34,865 bases of DNA from the IMG/VR virus record IMGVR_UViG_3300034375_011295. The stretch is one strand, 5' to 3'. The stretch is from a virus. A program made the translations under genes and the position numbers. Of the stretch, positions 1 to 8,132 are shown piece by piece. The stretch's first letter is position 1. Every line of letters begins with the position of its first letter. A model generated the notes under the pieces. It saw nothing but the letters and a program-made list of their open reading frames with translations. It ran no database searches and was not told the DNA's origin.

Positions 1-127
1 CAGATGAATTTATAAAAGAAAGTAAAAATACTCATAAAAACTTAAAAAATTATATTGCCAGATTGAAAATAGAAGAAGTTATTTAATTAAAAAAAATATT
101 GTAATCATTTTTAAAAAGAGAGGAAAA
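1..127. repeat. Terminal overlap identical to 34739-34865 (circular closure or terminal redundancy). Bases 1-86 duplicate the 3' end of CDS 34495-34824.
   Basis: Read directly: the first 127 nt (cagatgaattta...aaaaagagaggaaaa) recur base-for-base as the last 127 nt of the window. Confidence 0.95.
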
Positions 128-134
128 CAAAATG
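101..134 (+). promoter_or_regulatory. 34-nt translation-initiation leader gtaatcatttttaaaaagagaggaaaacaaaATG; second copy at 34464-34497
   Basis: The identical 34-mer ends in the ATG of both 132-731 and 34495-34824. A GAGAGG Shine-Dalgarno-like core (118-123) lies 8 nt upstream of the ATG. Confidence 0.7.
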
Positions 135-731
135 TACCAACAACCAATCACAAAAGATATATTAGTCTTTGATAAATATGAAATACATATAAAAGAACTA
201 ATAAACCACAAAAGATTTACTAATGCAGTTGAAGTCAGACAATTGACACCAAAAGCAAGATTTAGACCTTACAAGATATTGTATAATTATGGATTTAATA
301 ATTATGAGAAAGCTCTTGATTACGCAAAGAAAACAGAAAAAGAGATGAAAGATAGAATAAAAGACAGACAAGAGAGAAAACAAAGAATAGCTCTGGAAAA
401 CAAAAATGTAAATGCAAGTGATTTTTACGAAATTGGAGATATTATTGTCAATAGTTGGGGTTATGAGCAGACAAATGTAAGTTTTTATCAAGTCGTTGGA
501 ATAACAAAAAGAACAATTAAGACAAAACAAATCAGTCAAGAGATGGTGGAAGGCAGTGGAAATAGTAATGGAATGGCGTGTGAAGTTATGCCAAAAAAAG
601 ATGCTTTTATTGTGGATGGGAAAGAATATAAACACATTGTAAATAAAGATGGATATTTAAGTCAGCCAGAAAGTTATTATCACTTTCACAAATGGGAGGG
701 AAAACCTGAATATAAAAGTTGGTATTATTAA
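132..731 (+). CDS. Hypothetical protein (199 aa)
   Basis: Long ORF with a GAGAGG RBS, followed by a strong hairpin terminator. No motif recognised. Confidence 0.8.
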   Translation: MYQQPITKDILVFDKYEIHIKELINHKRFTNAVEVRQLTPKARFRPYKILYNYGFNNYEKALDYAKKTEKEMKDRIKDRQERKQRIALENKNVNASDFYEIGDIIVNSWGYEQTNVSFYQVVGITKRTIKTKQISQEMVEGSGNSNGMACEVMPKKDAFIVDGKEYKHIVNKDGYLSQPESYYHFHKWEGKPEYKSWYY

Positions 732-751
732 TTTTCCTTTCTCTTAAAAAG

Positions 752-780
752 AAAAGCCCTCAATCGAGGGCTTTATTTTA
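752..780. terminator. Bidirectional rho-independent terminator between convergent genes
   Basis: Stem agccctc (755-761), loop aatc, stem gagggct (766-772). A-run upstream and T-run downstream. Sits between the 132-731 (+) and 773-1291 (-) stops. Confidence 0.8.
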
Positions 781-1291
781 TATTTCCAATCAAATAACCT
801 AATCCAAAAGATCCAGTTCCAATTCCAATATCTACCCAAAATGAGTGATGATGTTTGTCGCAAGGAATATAAAGAATTTTTTGTTCAATTGGTATTTCAT
901 AAACAGATCTTCTCAAATAAATAGGGGAGAATACATCAGTAACTTTGTTAAATTCCAGATAAAGAGTGTCTTTTGACTTTGGAAAAATAGTGTCAAGAAT
1001 AGCAATTTGCTTGACTTTCAAGCTCTCTAATTTAGCATAAAGCCCTGAAATACTATCTACCAACAAATTTATTTTAGTACTATCCTCAAAATTTTCACTA
1101 ACAATTTTGGTAGTTGAGTGGTACTCGTGGATAGTGTCGTTTGGAACTATTATTGGCAATATTAAAGTGTCTATATCTTCAATATATTCCACACCAGTAG
1201 TCATTTTAGCATATTGATAGCCACCATAAGCAGACATCAAAAATACTATAATGATCAATGTTAAAAATCCTATGAGTGTGTTGAAGTTCAA
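773..1291 (-). CDS. Membrane protein, hypothetical (172 aa)
   Basis: N-terminal hydrophobic helix LIGFLTLIIIVFLMSAYGG and a hydrophobic Gly-rich C-terminus FWVDIGIGTGSFGLGYLIGNIK. Last gene of the minus-strand arm. Confidence 0.75.
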   Translation of the reverse strand: MNFNTLIGFLTLIIIVFLMSAYGGYQYAKMTTGVEYIEDIDTLILPIIVPNDTIHEYHSTTKIVSENFEDSTKINLLVDSISGLYAKLESLKVKQIAILDTIFPKSKDTLYLEFNKVTDVFSPIYLRRSVYEIPIEQKILYIPCDKHHHSFWVDIGIGTGSFGLGYLIGNIK

Positions 1292-1294
1292 TTT

Positions 1295-1876
1295 TTAACC
1301 TATAAATCTTCTACCAGTTGTCAAATCTTGCATATATTTTTTGCCCTTATTTTGTTCTCTTAATCTTTCCATTTTTTCTTTTTTACTTCCAAAAAGTATT
1401 TGATCTTTTTTCCACATAAAGTCATCAAATTTACCAAAATTTCGTCCTTTGCTATCGACTGCTTCTAAATAATAACCATTGCTATTTAACCAATTATAAA
1501 GTTTATCTTTACGATTAAGTCTTACAATAGTACTTCTTTCCTCTGGAGTTCTATCTGGAAGTTCATTTAATAATTTTTCAAAATTATTTTTATGCCAAAA
1601 TTGATTCACTATTTTTTGTAATGGATTTTTTACTCTTATGCTAACTTCTTCTTTTTCTAACTTTTTAATCCATTTTTTTGGTATTGGAGTAATATAATTT
1701 TCTTTAGCGTGTATTTTTAATTTTATCTTTCTTAACTTATCGCCATTTCCACGTACTCTTATTACTTTACTACTCAATCCAGTAGTTTTTTTCACTTTTG
1801 CTTGAGCTTTTTTACTTGTTGCCAGATAGACTGCTCCTCCAATTGCACCAAGTCCTAATAATGTTTTTGCATCCAT
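1295..1876 (-). CDS. Leader-bearing protein 1 (193 aa): shared N-terminal TM leader plus a basic domain of unknown function
   Basis: Residues 1-35 (MDAKTLLGLGAIGGAVYLATSKKAQAKVKKTTGLS) match the N-terminus of 11600-12124 in 32 of 35 positions and resemble that of 2478-3389. The remainder is unrelated to either. Confidence 0.8.
   Translation of the reverse strand: MDAKTLLGLGAIGGAVYLATSKKAQAKVKKTTGLSSKVIRVRGNGDKLRKIKLKIHAKENYITPIPKKWIKKLEKEEVSIRVKNPLQKIVNQFWHKNNFEKLLNELPDRTPEERSTIVRLNRKDKLYNWLNSNGYYLEAVDSKGRNFGKFDDFMWKKDQILFGSKKEKMERLREQNKGKKYMQDLTTGRRFIG
1772..1876 (-). repeat. Leader cassette copy 1 (codons 1-35)
   Basis: By my manual alignment, 92/105 nt match 12020-12124. Nine of the 13 differences are synonymous third-position changes. 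Confidence 0.85.
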
Positions 1877-1885
1877 AATTTTACC

Positions 1886-2476
1886 TTAAAATTTACCTTT
1901 TAAAAATTGATTCCAAACTAAATAACCACCAACCAAAGCAGTTGCAACCTTTACACCATTGCCAACACTTGCCAGATTGAAAGAGCCGATTGTTTTTTCT
2001 CCTCCCAGAGTTTCCACGTGGATAAAAGCATCAATTTGATCCAGACTTCTCCAGCCAAAATTTACAGAGTCGCCAAAATTTCCCTCAATCGTATTAATTT
2101 TACTGCCCTCGACGTAATTTGTAAAACCGACGTGTCCAGTGCCTTTTGTTCCACCTCTTTTTCCCCAATCAATAAAAAAAACTGCCCCTTGAGTAGCAAT
2201 TTTATTGACTGCAATATTAGATTTTTTTGCATTTGCTAAAAATAAGTGAGTTGATTTTGTTGCAGGTAAAGGATTTTGAACTGCGAAATCTTTACAAGTT
2301 TCATCAACAATCATTGACACAAATTCAGCACACCAAGGATCAGGAGTTGGCTCTCCACCAAAATATGACTTAATTTTATCAACACATTTGGATCTATTCG
2401 GAGTATTTTTATCCTCTTTACATCCATTCCATTGACTTGCATTATAAATTAATCTCTCTCCGAAAGTCGATGACAT
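1886..2476 (-). CDS. CHAP / NlpC-P60-like peptidoglycan hydrolase with a C-terminal membrane anchor (196 aa)
   Basis: Catalytic-type Cys in PWCAEFVS, His in GTGHVGF, then IEGNFGDSV, as in CHAP and TIGR02594-like cell-wall hydrolases. C-terminal helix VKVATALVGGYLVWNQFL is followed by KGKF. Confidence 0.65.
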   Translation of the reverse strand: MSSTFGERLIYNASQWNGCKEDKNTPNRSKCVDKIKSYFGGEPTPDPWCAEFVSMIVDETCKDFAVQNPLPATKSTHLFLANAKKSNIAVNKIATQGAVFFIDWGKRGGTKGTGHVGFTNYVEGSKINTIEGNFGDSVNFGWRSLDQIDAFIHVETLGGEKTIGSFNLASVGNGVKVATALVGGYLVWNQFLKGKF

Positions 2477-2477
2477 T

Positions 2478-3389
2478 TTAACCTCTTTTTTTCTTTTTCA
2501 ATTCGTTAGCAATCCATCTTTTTCCAATTGGATTTTGAACAGGTTTTTGGATAAACCTATCAATTGCTTTTTGTATTCTTGGATCAGCAGGACTATCAGA
2601 GCTACGATCCACAAGATAAAAATTAGCACCAAATAATTTTTTATATTTAGTAATATTTTTTTGTGCAGAATACCATTTTTCCTTAACTAATGAATCTGGC
2701 AAACTTCTGGATCTATTTCTATTCCTTTTTAAAGAAACTTCTAATGAAGTATTAACAAAAATCATTGCACAATCGTAACCTAATTTTTCAGCTAACATTT
2801 TTTTCTTTAACATTTTATCGTAATCATCTCCAGTACCATCCACAATCAGCCCTAATCTACCAGCTTCATAAGAACTTTGTTGCTTATTAGTTATCTTTTT
2901 AGCTCTACCACGTATTGAGTCCTCTCCAGCTCCAATTTTAGCCCACAAAATAGGATCTTCTTTTTCAATTTTTGCCAATTCTTTTGCATTGATATTGGCT
3001 TCAACTAATCCTCTTTCAAAAGCTAAATCAGAATTGACTATTTTCAATCCACTATGAACAAATGAATTTGATCTAACTCCTAATAATTCTTTTGCAGTAT
3101 AACTTTTTCCACTACCAGTTCCACCAGCCATAAAAACACATTTAAAAATACCTTTGTCATAAACTCCACTTAATCCATTACTCAAGCCACCAGTTTTGCA
3201 ATTATTTAATTTTTTTCCAGCACTCGAAGTCTGTTCAATCCTCAATTTTGATCCAGCAATACTGCATTGTTTTTTTCTTGAGATTTTTGTACTTTTTCTT
3301 GTTGTTTTTTTTGTTGTTGATTTTTTACTTGTAGCCAGATAGATTGCTCCACCGATAGCACCAATTCCTAATAATGTTTTTGCATCCAT
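2478..3389 (-). CDS. Leader-bearing protein 2 (303 aa): shared TM leader, basic linker and a P-loop kinase-like domain (zeta-toxin / polynucleotide-kinase-like)
   Basis: N-terminus MDAKTLLGIGAIGGAIYLATSKK. Walker A FMAGGTGSGKSY at aa 86-97. Walker B-like LIVDGTGDD. Arg-rich lid KRNRNRSRSLPD. Confidence 0.6.
   Translation of the reverse strand: MDAKTLLGIGAIGGAIYLATSKKSTTKKTTRKSTKISRKKQCSIAGSKLRIEQTSSAGKKLNNCKTGGLSNGLSGVYDKGIFKCVFMAGGTGSGKSYTAKELLGVRSNSFVHSGLKIVNSDLAFERGLVEANINAKELAKIEKEDPILWAKIGAGEDSIRGRAKKITNKQQSSYEAGRLGLIVDGTGDDYDKMLKKKMLAEKLGYDCAMIFVNTSLEVSLKRNRNRSRSLPDSLVKEKWYSAQKNITKYKKLFGANFYLVDRSSDSPADPRIQKAIDRFIQKPVQNPIGKRWIANELKKKKRG
3318..3389 (-). repeat. Leader cassette copy 2 (codons 1-24)
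   Basis: The nucleotide and peptide sequences match copies 1 and 3 through the TM helix and SKK, then diverge into a Lys/Thr-rich linker. Confidence 0.8.
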
Positions 3390-3393
3390 TTTC

Positions 3394-6036
3394 TTAATAC
3401 TCCAGTAATTTTCTTAATTTTTGAGAAAAAGTTAATTTCTTACTTGTCGCCACTTGTTTAGCACTTTTCAGATGATTAACAACTTTATTGCTCAATCCAC
3501 TTGTTTTTTTATAAGTTCTTTTTGGCTTATTTGCAAGTGTAAGTTGTACATTTTTGCTTTTATTTGAGAAGTAACCACTCATTTTCAGTAGTTCTCTCAT
3601 TTTTGCATTTGCTTTACTTTTATTTGTAAATTTATAGATTTTAGCTTGAGGATCAGAGTGTTTTCTGTTATAAGCCAACAATCTATTCATAGCAGTTTTT
3701 AAAAATGAAGTTGATCCATTGTTGAATTTTGATCCAGCTACATAATAATATTTACAATCTTTTCCAGTAAATCCGTGTATTTCATTCCCTTTCTTAATCA
3801 CATCACTATCAACAACACGAGTGCTTAATTTTATTCTATCAGATAAACCTCTATTTGCAACCAAAGTGCTTAAAATACTTTCTGGAGTAACTTCTTGATC
3901 ATAGCCAAACATCGAATCCCCTTGAGTGCTATTTCTGGCAGATACATAATAACTTTCTAAAATATCTCTAAATTTATTTACACCACTTTTTAATGACAAC
4001 CAAAGCATAGCCACCAAATTATCAGGCATTTCAGCATTTCCGAACATACTTTCTTGATTAAGGAACTCTTTAATTGATACCCCTTGCGTTCTTCTAATAT
4101 TTTCAAACTTGATAACATCTCTCAAATATGGTAACAAATCAAATTCTTTTGACAAAGTTTGGATTTTAGTCAGCACTGGAATAGCTTTTAAAATTCTATT
4201 TGTATAATCTTTAGCACCCTCGATCAATTCTTCGGATGGAAGAATTTTTGCAAGTAATAAATTTTCTAAATTATTTTTTCCAGCAGGAGTAAGATTTCCG
4301 TCATTTGTCAGCCAAATTGGACTATTTGAACTTGTAATAATTTCATTTTTTCGCAAGACATCAATCACAACTTTTTGATTTTTGTCTTTTGAAACAACTT
4401 GATTGAAAGTTTCATCATCCTCGCCCTCAAATATTTGAGCAATTTCCTCAAATCCTTTTTGGCTTAATGATTTTGCTAAACTTAAACTATTTGTATTTTG
4501 ATCTTTGGCTCTGGATAAAGTTTCATTTAAAATTCTGGAATACCAACTGCATCTATCCATTTCAGCATTAATCATTCTCACTAAAACTGGATATTTCATT
4601 TTTTTAAATTCGGTATTATCTGAAAATCCAAACATCTGGAGTCGTGGCTTTAAATAGTCAATATATTTGTCATAATTGTTCAAGAGCTTAACTCTTTTTA
4701 ACATCATTATACGACCATTACCACCTAAAACAACATTATCTTTTGAAACAACGGACGGACCAGTCATTGCTTCTGGACTATCATTTATAAAATGATATGG
4801 CTTGAAATTAGATGAATAACTTAATACCTTATCTTTTTCAGCCGATTTTTTGTAATCTCTTTCTTGACATTGTTTTGGATATTTAGGATTCCAGTCAAAA
4901 GTCCTTTCGTCGTGTGATTGGATCACATCATCAAGTTCCATAATTACATATTTACTTGGAATTTCTTGTGATGGAGTTTCCAGAATACCACTATTTCCAA
5001 CAATTACTTTCCCTTTCGGAGCAGATTTTTTTACTACTTTTTTTGGCTCTTGGTATTCAGCACTTTGCACCATTTCAATAAAATTATCAACTGGCAATCC
5101 ACCATCTTTGACAATATTTAATATTTTCAATGCACCAGATTTTAAAGTTTTAAATAAACTTAAATTTCTATTCTTTTTTGAATAGGCATAAGTAATTCCC
5201 TCTCTAAATGGTCCATTTGGATTATTCAAACCTCCAAATGCTAAATTACAAGACAGAACATTCTTATTATCTTGGCACAATCTATTTGCCATCGTCACAG
5301 AATATTCTAAAATTTTAAATTCTTTTGGTAGTTTGTCCGATCCATAACCTTTGGATGCTTTTTCATATTCAGAAAATGTAATTATCCCACTAACATCAAT
5401 TTTTCTTTCTTTTTCTTCACTTGCTTTTTTCTCCACTTTCTTTGGCTCTGGTGATGGCTTACGAATTTTAAGAATATATGTATTATAAAAATCTTCGTAA
5501 TTAAAATTTGAACGTACCCCAAAAGGATATTCATACTCCAATTCTTTAGCCACTTTAATAGCATCTTTCAAGTTTTTAAATTTAATGTTATGGCTTGGAA
5601 TAGTTTGATTATATTCTGTAATATTCAAAACATATTGACCATTCCCATAAGTGTCCTCATTCACTCTATATTTTTTACTTTCAAAATAAACATTACTCCC
5701 AGTGCCTAACTTTCTAATAGGTTTTATATTTGTAGATCTTTCTTTTCCCCCACTTGCTTTTTTTTCGACTTTTTTTGGCTCTGGAGCAGTCTTTTCTTTT
5801 TTTAGACTTGCAGGACGTTTTACCCTCGAAACTCTTTTTGTAGGACTTTTCTGTGCGTCGTTTTTTTGAGGAGTGGCAGATTTTTTGTCAAAATCAGCAA
5901 ATAAACGAGAAATATCCACTTCCAAGTCTTTGGCAATGGATAAAATCTCATTTTTTATTTCTTTAGCTTCATTTTCCGAAAGTTTATGAAGTTTTTTGTT
6001 GTAATCATTTACTAATTCTTCTAAAAAATCCACCAT
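3394..6036 (-). CDS. Large multidomain (polyvalent-type) protein with a ParB-superfamily (DdrB-ParB-like) core (880 aa)
   Basis: aa ~362-450 read VIMELDDVIQSHD..NPKYPKQCQERDYKKSAEKDKV...GPSVVSKDNVVLGGNGRIMML. This fits the xSHD / QxRD / GNGR pattern of ParB-fold domains in phage and plasmid polyvalent proteins. Lys-rich linkers PEPKKVEKKAS occur twice and QEPKKVVKKSAP once. The C-terminus carries KKTSGLS. Confidence 0.5.
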   Translation of the reverse strand: MVDFLEELVNDYNKKLHKLSENEAKEIKNEILSIAKDLEVDISRLFADFDKKSATPQKNDAQKSPTKRVSRVKRPASLKKEKTAPEPKKVEKKASGGKERSTNIKPIRKLGTGSNVYFESKKYRVNEDTYGNGQYVLNITEYNQTIPSHNIKFKNLKDAIKVAKELEYEYPFGVRSNFNYEDFYNTYILKIRKPSPEPKKVEKKASEEKERKIDVSGIITFSEYEKASKGYGSDKLPKEFKILEYSVTMANRLCQDNKNVLSCNLAFGGLNNPNGPFREGITYAYSKKNRNLSLFKTLKSGALKILNIVKDGGLPVDNFIEMVQSAEYQEPKKVVKKSAPKGKVIVGNSGILETPSQEIPSKYVIMELDDVIQSHDERTFDWNPKYPKQCQERDYKKSAEKDKVLSYSSNFKPYHFINDSPEAMTGPSVVSKDNVVLGGNGRIMMLKRVKLLNNYDKYIDYLKPRLQMFGFSDNTEFKKMKYPVLVRMINAEMDRCSWYSRILNETLSRAKDQNTNSLSLAKSLSQKGFEEIAQIFEGEDDETFNQVVSKDKNQKVVIDVLRKNEIITSSNSPIWLTNDGNLTPAGKNNLENLLLAKILPSEELIEGAKDYTNRILKAIPVLTKIQTLSKEFDLLPYLRDVIKFENIRRTQGVSIKEFLNQESMFGNAEMPDNLVAMLWLSLKSGVNKFRDILESYYVSARNSTQGDSMFGYDQEVTPESILSTLVANRGLSDRIKLSTRVVDSDVIKKGNEIHGFTGKDCKYYYVAGSKFNNGSTSFLKTAMNRLLAYNRKHSDPQAKIYKFTNKSKANAKMRELLKMSGYFSNKSKNVQLTLANKPKRTYKKTSGLSNKVVNHLKSAKQVATSKKLTFSQKLRKLLEY

Positions 6037-6039
6037 TTT

Positions 6040-6258
6040 TTATTTCCTTTTTAATCTTGCTTTTAATTTTCTTGCTCTCAATTTTGGAGAAGTGTTCCAC
6101 GCTTTTTTCATTGCAGAACTTCTTTGAGCTTTTGCACCTTTTTTTCTCCATCCACATTTTGAAAGTTGTTTGGCAGAATATGGATTACCAGTTTTAACTA
6201 AACTTCTACCAGCGACTTCGCAAACTGCCGACACTCTTTTTTTTCTTTTCTTTGGCAT
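6040..6258 (-). CDS. Highly basic small protein, putative DNA-binding/condensing (72 aa)
   Basis: About one third of residues are Lys/Arg (MPKKRKKR... KLRARKLKARLKRK) and Glu37 is the only acidic residue. AGGAGG RBS (ataggaggcaataATG). Confidence 0.55.
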   Translation of the reverse strand: MPKKRKKRVSAVCEVAGRSLVKTGNPYSAKQLSKCGWRKKGAKAQRSSAMKKAWNTSPKLRARKLKARLKRK

Positions 6259-6270
6259 TATTGCCTCCTA

Positions 6271-6528
6271 TTACTTTATAAACAAATTTGATTGCAATAT
6301 AATTTGTTCCTCTCCATTCAAAAATCTTTCTCCTAATTGTAGCCAAGAGCTTTTTGTGAGGATTGTTCCTAATCTTGTTCCTGACTGATCAATTATATCA
6401 TTAATTTGTGTCATTACTGACTGCAATTTTTCTTGTTTTTGCTTTTCAGCTTGTTCCAAGATTTCTTTTGCTCTTGCTTCATTCATTGTTGGATTTTCGA
6501 TTTTTGTTATTTTTTGTTTATTAGACAT
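6271..6528 (-). CDS. Hypothetical protein (85 aa)
   Basis: ORF preceded by the TTTAAAGAGAGGAA leader motif. No domain recognised. Confidence 0.7.
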   Translation of the reverse strand: MSNKQKITKIENPTMNEARAKEILEQAEKQKQEKLQSVMTQINDIIDQSGTRLGTILTKSSWLQLGERFLNGEEQIILQSNLFIK

Positions 6529-6558
6529 AAATTCCTCTCTTTAAAAAATTAAAAAAAA

Positions 6559-7065
6559 TTACTTTCTATAATACCACCAAGTTCCAATTGCACCACCAAC
6601 GAGTAAAATCGCCAGAAGTGGATTGAAACTTGCCACTTGTGGAGATCTTTGTCTGTATGCTTTCTGAAATTTTGCCCAGTAATCCAATCCATCAGCATTT
6701 GGATTGTAATGTCCTTGATTATATGCAATTACTGACTTTTTCAAATCAAAGTTATATCTTTTGTATTGATGCAAAAAATACATAGTACCCAATTTTAAGT
6801 TATAAACTGGATTGTACATTTCATTAGTCGAGGCAGTTGGAAGTCTGAGCCACCTTTCAGCATCTTTTTTAGCTGGATCAGTCATTTGCATAAGACCCTT
6901 TGCCGAACTACGAGTATTTTTTGCCTTTGGATTGTAAGTTGATTCCACAAAGCAAATAGCAGTAACAATATCAGCAATTTTATAAGGATCAACCCAATTA
7001 TATTTATTTTGCTTCATCCAATTTGCAGTTTGGAGGGCTAAACTATGTACTTGTTTCTCTGTCAT
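6559..7065 (-). CDS. Lytic transglycosylase (SLT domain) with a C-terminal membrane anchor (168 aa)
   Basis: SLT motifs: catalytic E-S in FVESTYNP, GLMQMT, and AYNQG. C-terminal helix FNPLLAILLVGGAIGTWWYYRK. Confidence 0.8.
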   Translation of the reverse strand: MTEKQVHSLALQTANWMKQNKYNWVDPYKIADIVTAICFVESTYNPKAKNTRSSAKGLMQMTDPAKKDAERWLRLPTASTNEMYNPVYNLKLGTMYFLHQYKRYNFDLKKSVIAYNQGHYNPNADGLDYWAKFQKAYRQRSPQVASFNPLLAILLVGGAIGTWWYYRK

Positions 7066-7331
7066 TCGTCGTTATTTACACCTAATTTCAATTGAATTTT
7101 AATTAATAATTGCTCTATTTTGTCAAGTTTATCATCTACTTTTTTTAACTCATCTTTTTTTGAGATTATATCTTGTTTTATAAGTGCAATATCAGTTTTC
7201 ATTGCATTTATATCTGTTTCGGCTTTTGTTTTTCCTTGAATTAACCAAGTTCCAATTCCAAGAATTATGACTTGTAATATTCCAATTGCCCAAAAAAAAG
7301 CATCTTTTAATAAACTTGTTTGATCAGCCAT
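7062..7331 (-). CDS. Single-pass membrane protein with a coiled-coil tail, holin-like candidate (89 aa from the ATG at 7331)
   Basis: The track ORF extends to 7364 and overlaps the upstream gene. The internal ATG at 7331 gives MADQTSLLKDAFFWAIGILQVIILGIGTWLIQ plus a heptad-rich tail. Its stop overlaps the SLT gene start (ATGA). Confidence 0.45.
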   Translation of the reverse strand: MADQTSLLKDAFFWAIGILQVIILGIGTWLIQGKTKAETDINAMKTDIALIKQDIISKKDELKKVDDKLDKIEQLLIKIQLKLGVNNDE

Positions 7332-7338
7332 ATAGTTA

Positions 7339-7914
7339 TCATTCCTCAACATTAAAATCAGCAATATTTATAGAATTTAGTTCTTCTATTGTTGTTGAAT
7401 TATTTATTGCATTTCTTTTGTTAGAAAAAGCACTTTTCAAAGTAGCATAAACAGTTCCAAAACCTACTCCAAACTCTGCAAATTGTTGAGCTGTAAATTG
7501 CCTTTGATTATTAGAACTATCTGTTATATAATAATCTGTTATTGCACCACCTGAAATAGTGTTTAAACTAATCCAATCGCCTATATTACCTTTTGTGTTT
7601 TCATCTAAATTAAAAGTAAATAAATTATAAGTATAGCCTTCATCTAATTTACTTTGATAATTAGCTTGTAACTCGGATAATTTAGAGTTTTTTGCCTCTT
7701 TTAATTGCTTTTCTGTTAATACAGAATTATAGTCTATGCCTTCACCTGTTAATATCCAATTATTAGGAACAGACCCACCGATATTAGAAACCCAATTATT
7801 ATACCTTTCAACTTGTTCAGCAGTCAATTCGATATACCTAACACCTCTTTCATTTTCTGGTATTTGATTTATTGGTGTTGTTGTGTAAATATTTAATATA
7901 TTATCAAAAATCAT
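7339..7914 (-). CDS. Hypothetical protein adjacent to the fibre genes, possible fibre-assembly or accessory protein (191 aa)
   Basis: Position immediately downstream of the fibre-like genes. The function is a guess from context only. Confidence 0.6.
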   Translation of the reverse strand: MIFDNILNIYTTTPINQIPENERGVRYIELTAEQVERYNNWVSNIGGSVPNNWILTGEGIDYNSVLTEKQLKEAKNSKLSELQANYQSKLDEGYTYNLFTFNLDENTKGNIGDWISLNTISGGAITDYYITDSSNNQRQFTAQQFAEFGVGFGTVYATLKSAFSNKRNAINNSTTIEELNSINIADFNVEE

Positions 7915-8132
7915 AATATTTCCTCTGTAATTATTTCAAATGTAATCGGCTCACCTAATACTACTTCTACACCCTCATCATAAATAATGTAATAGAAGTT
8001 ATCTATTTGACTAAAGCTATAATTAACCCAATAAATAGAAGTTCCATTCGGCACTGGCAAACCTTTATAATCGGCACATTGTTGCCTTGCATTAATTGCC
8101 TCTTGTTCAGTTTGATATGTATATCCCAACAT
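7911..8132 (-). CDS. Hypothetical protein (73 aa)
   Basis: ORF translationally coupled to both neighbours by overlapping start and stop codons. Confidence 0.65.
   Translation of the reverse strand: MLGYTYQTEQEAINARQQCADYKGLPVPNGTSIYWVNYSFSQIDNFYYIIYDEGVEVVLGEPITFEIITEEIL

Noticed and set aside
198-635. 145-aa minus-strand ORF inside 132-731
   Set aside because: It is antisense to a better ORF that has an RBS and a terminator. Its Ile/Phe/Leu/Ser/Cys-rich, low-complexity translation is typical of antisense frames in AT-rich DNA.
5382-5564. Same-strand alternative-frame ORFs inside larger genes (5382-5564, 16137-16355, 18192-18392)
   Set aside because: They are fully nested in a different frame of convincing genes, and there is no independent start context.
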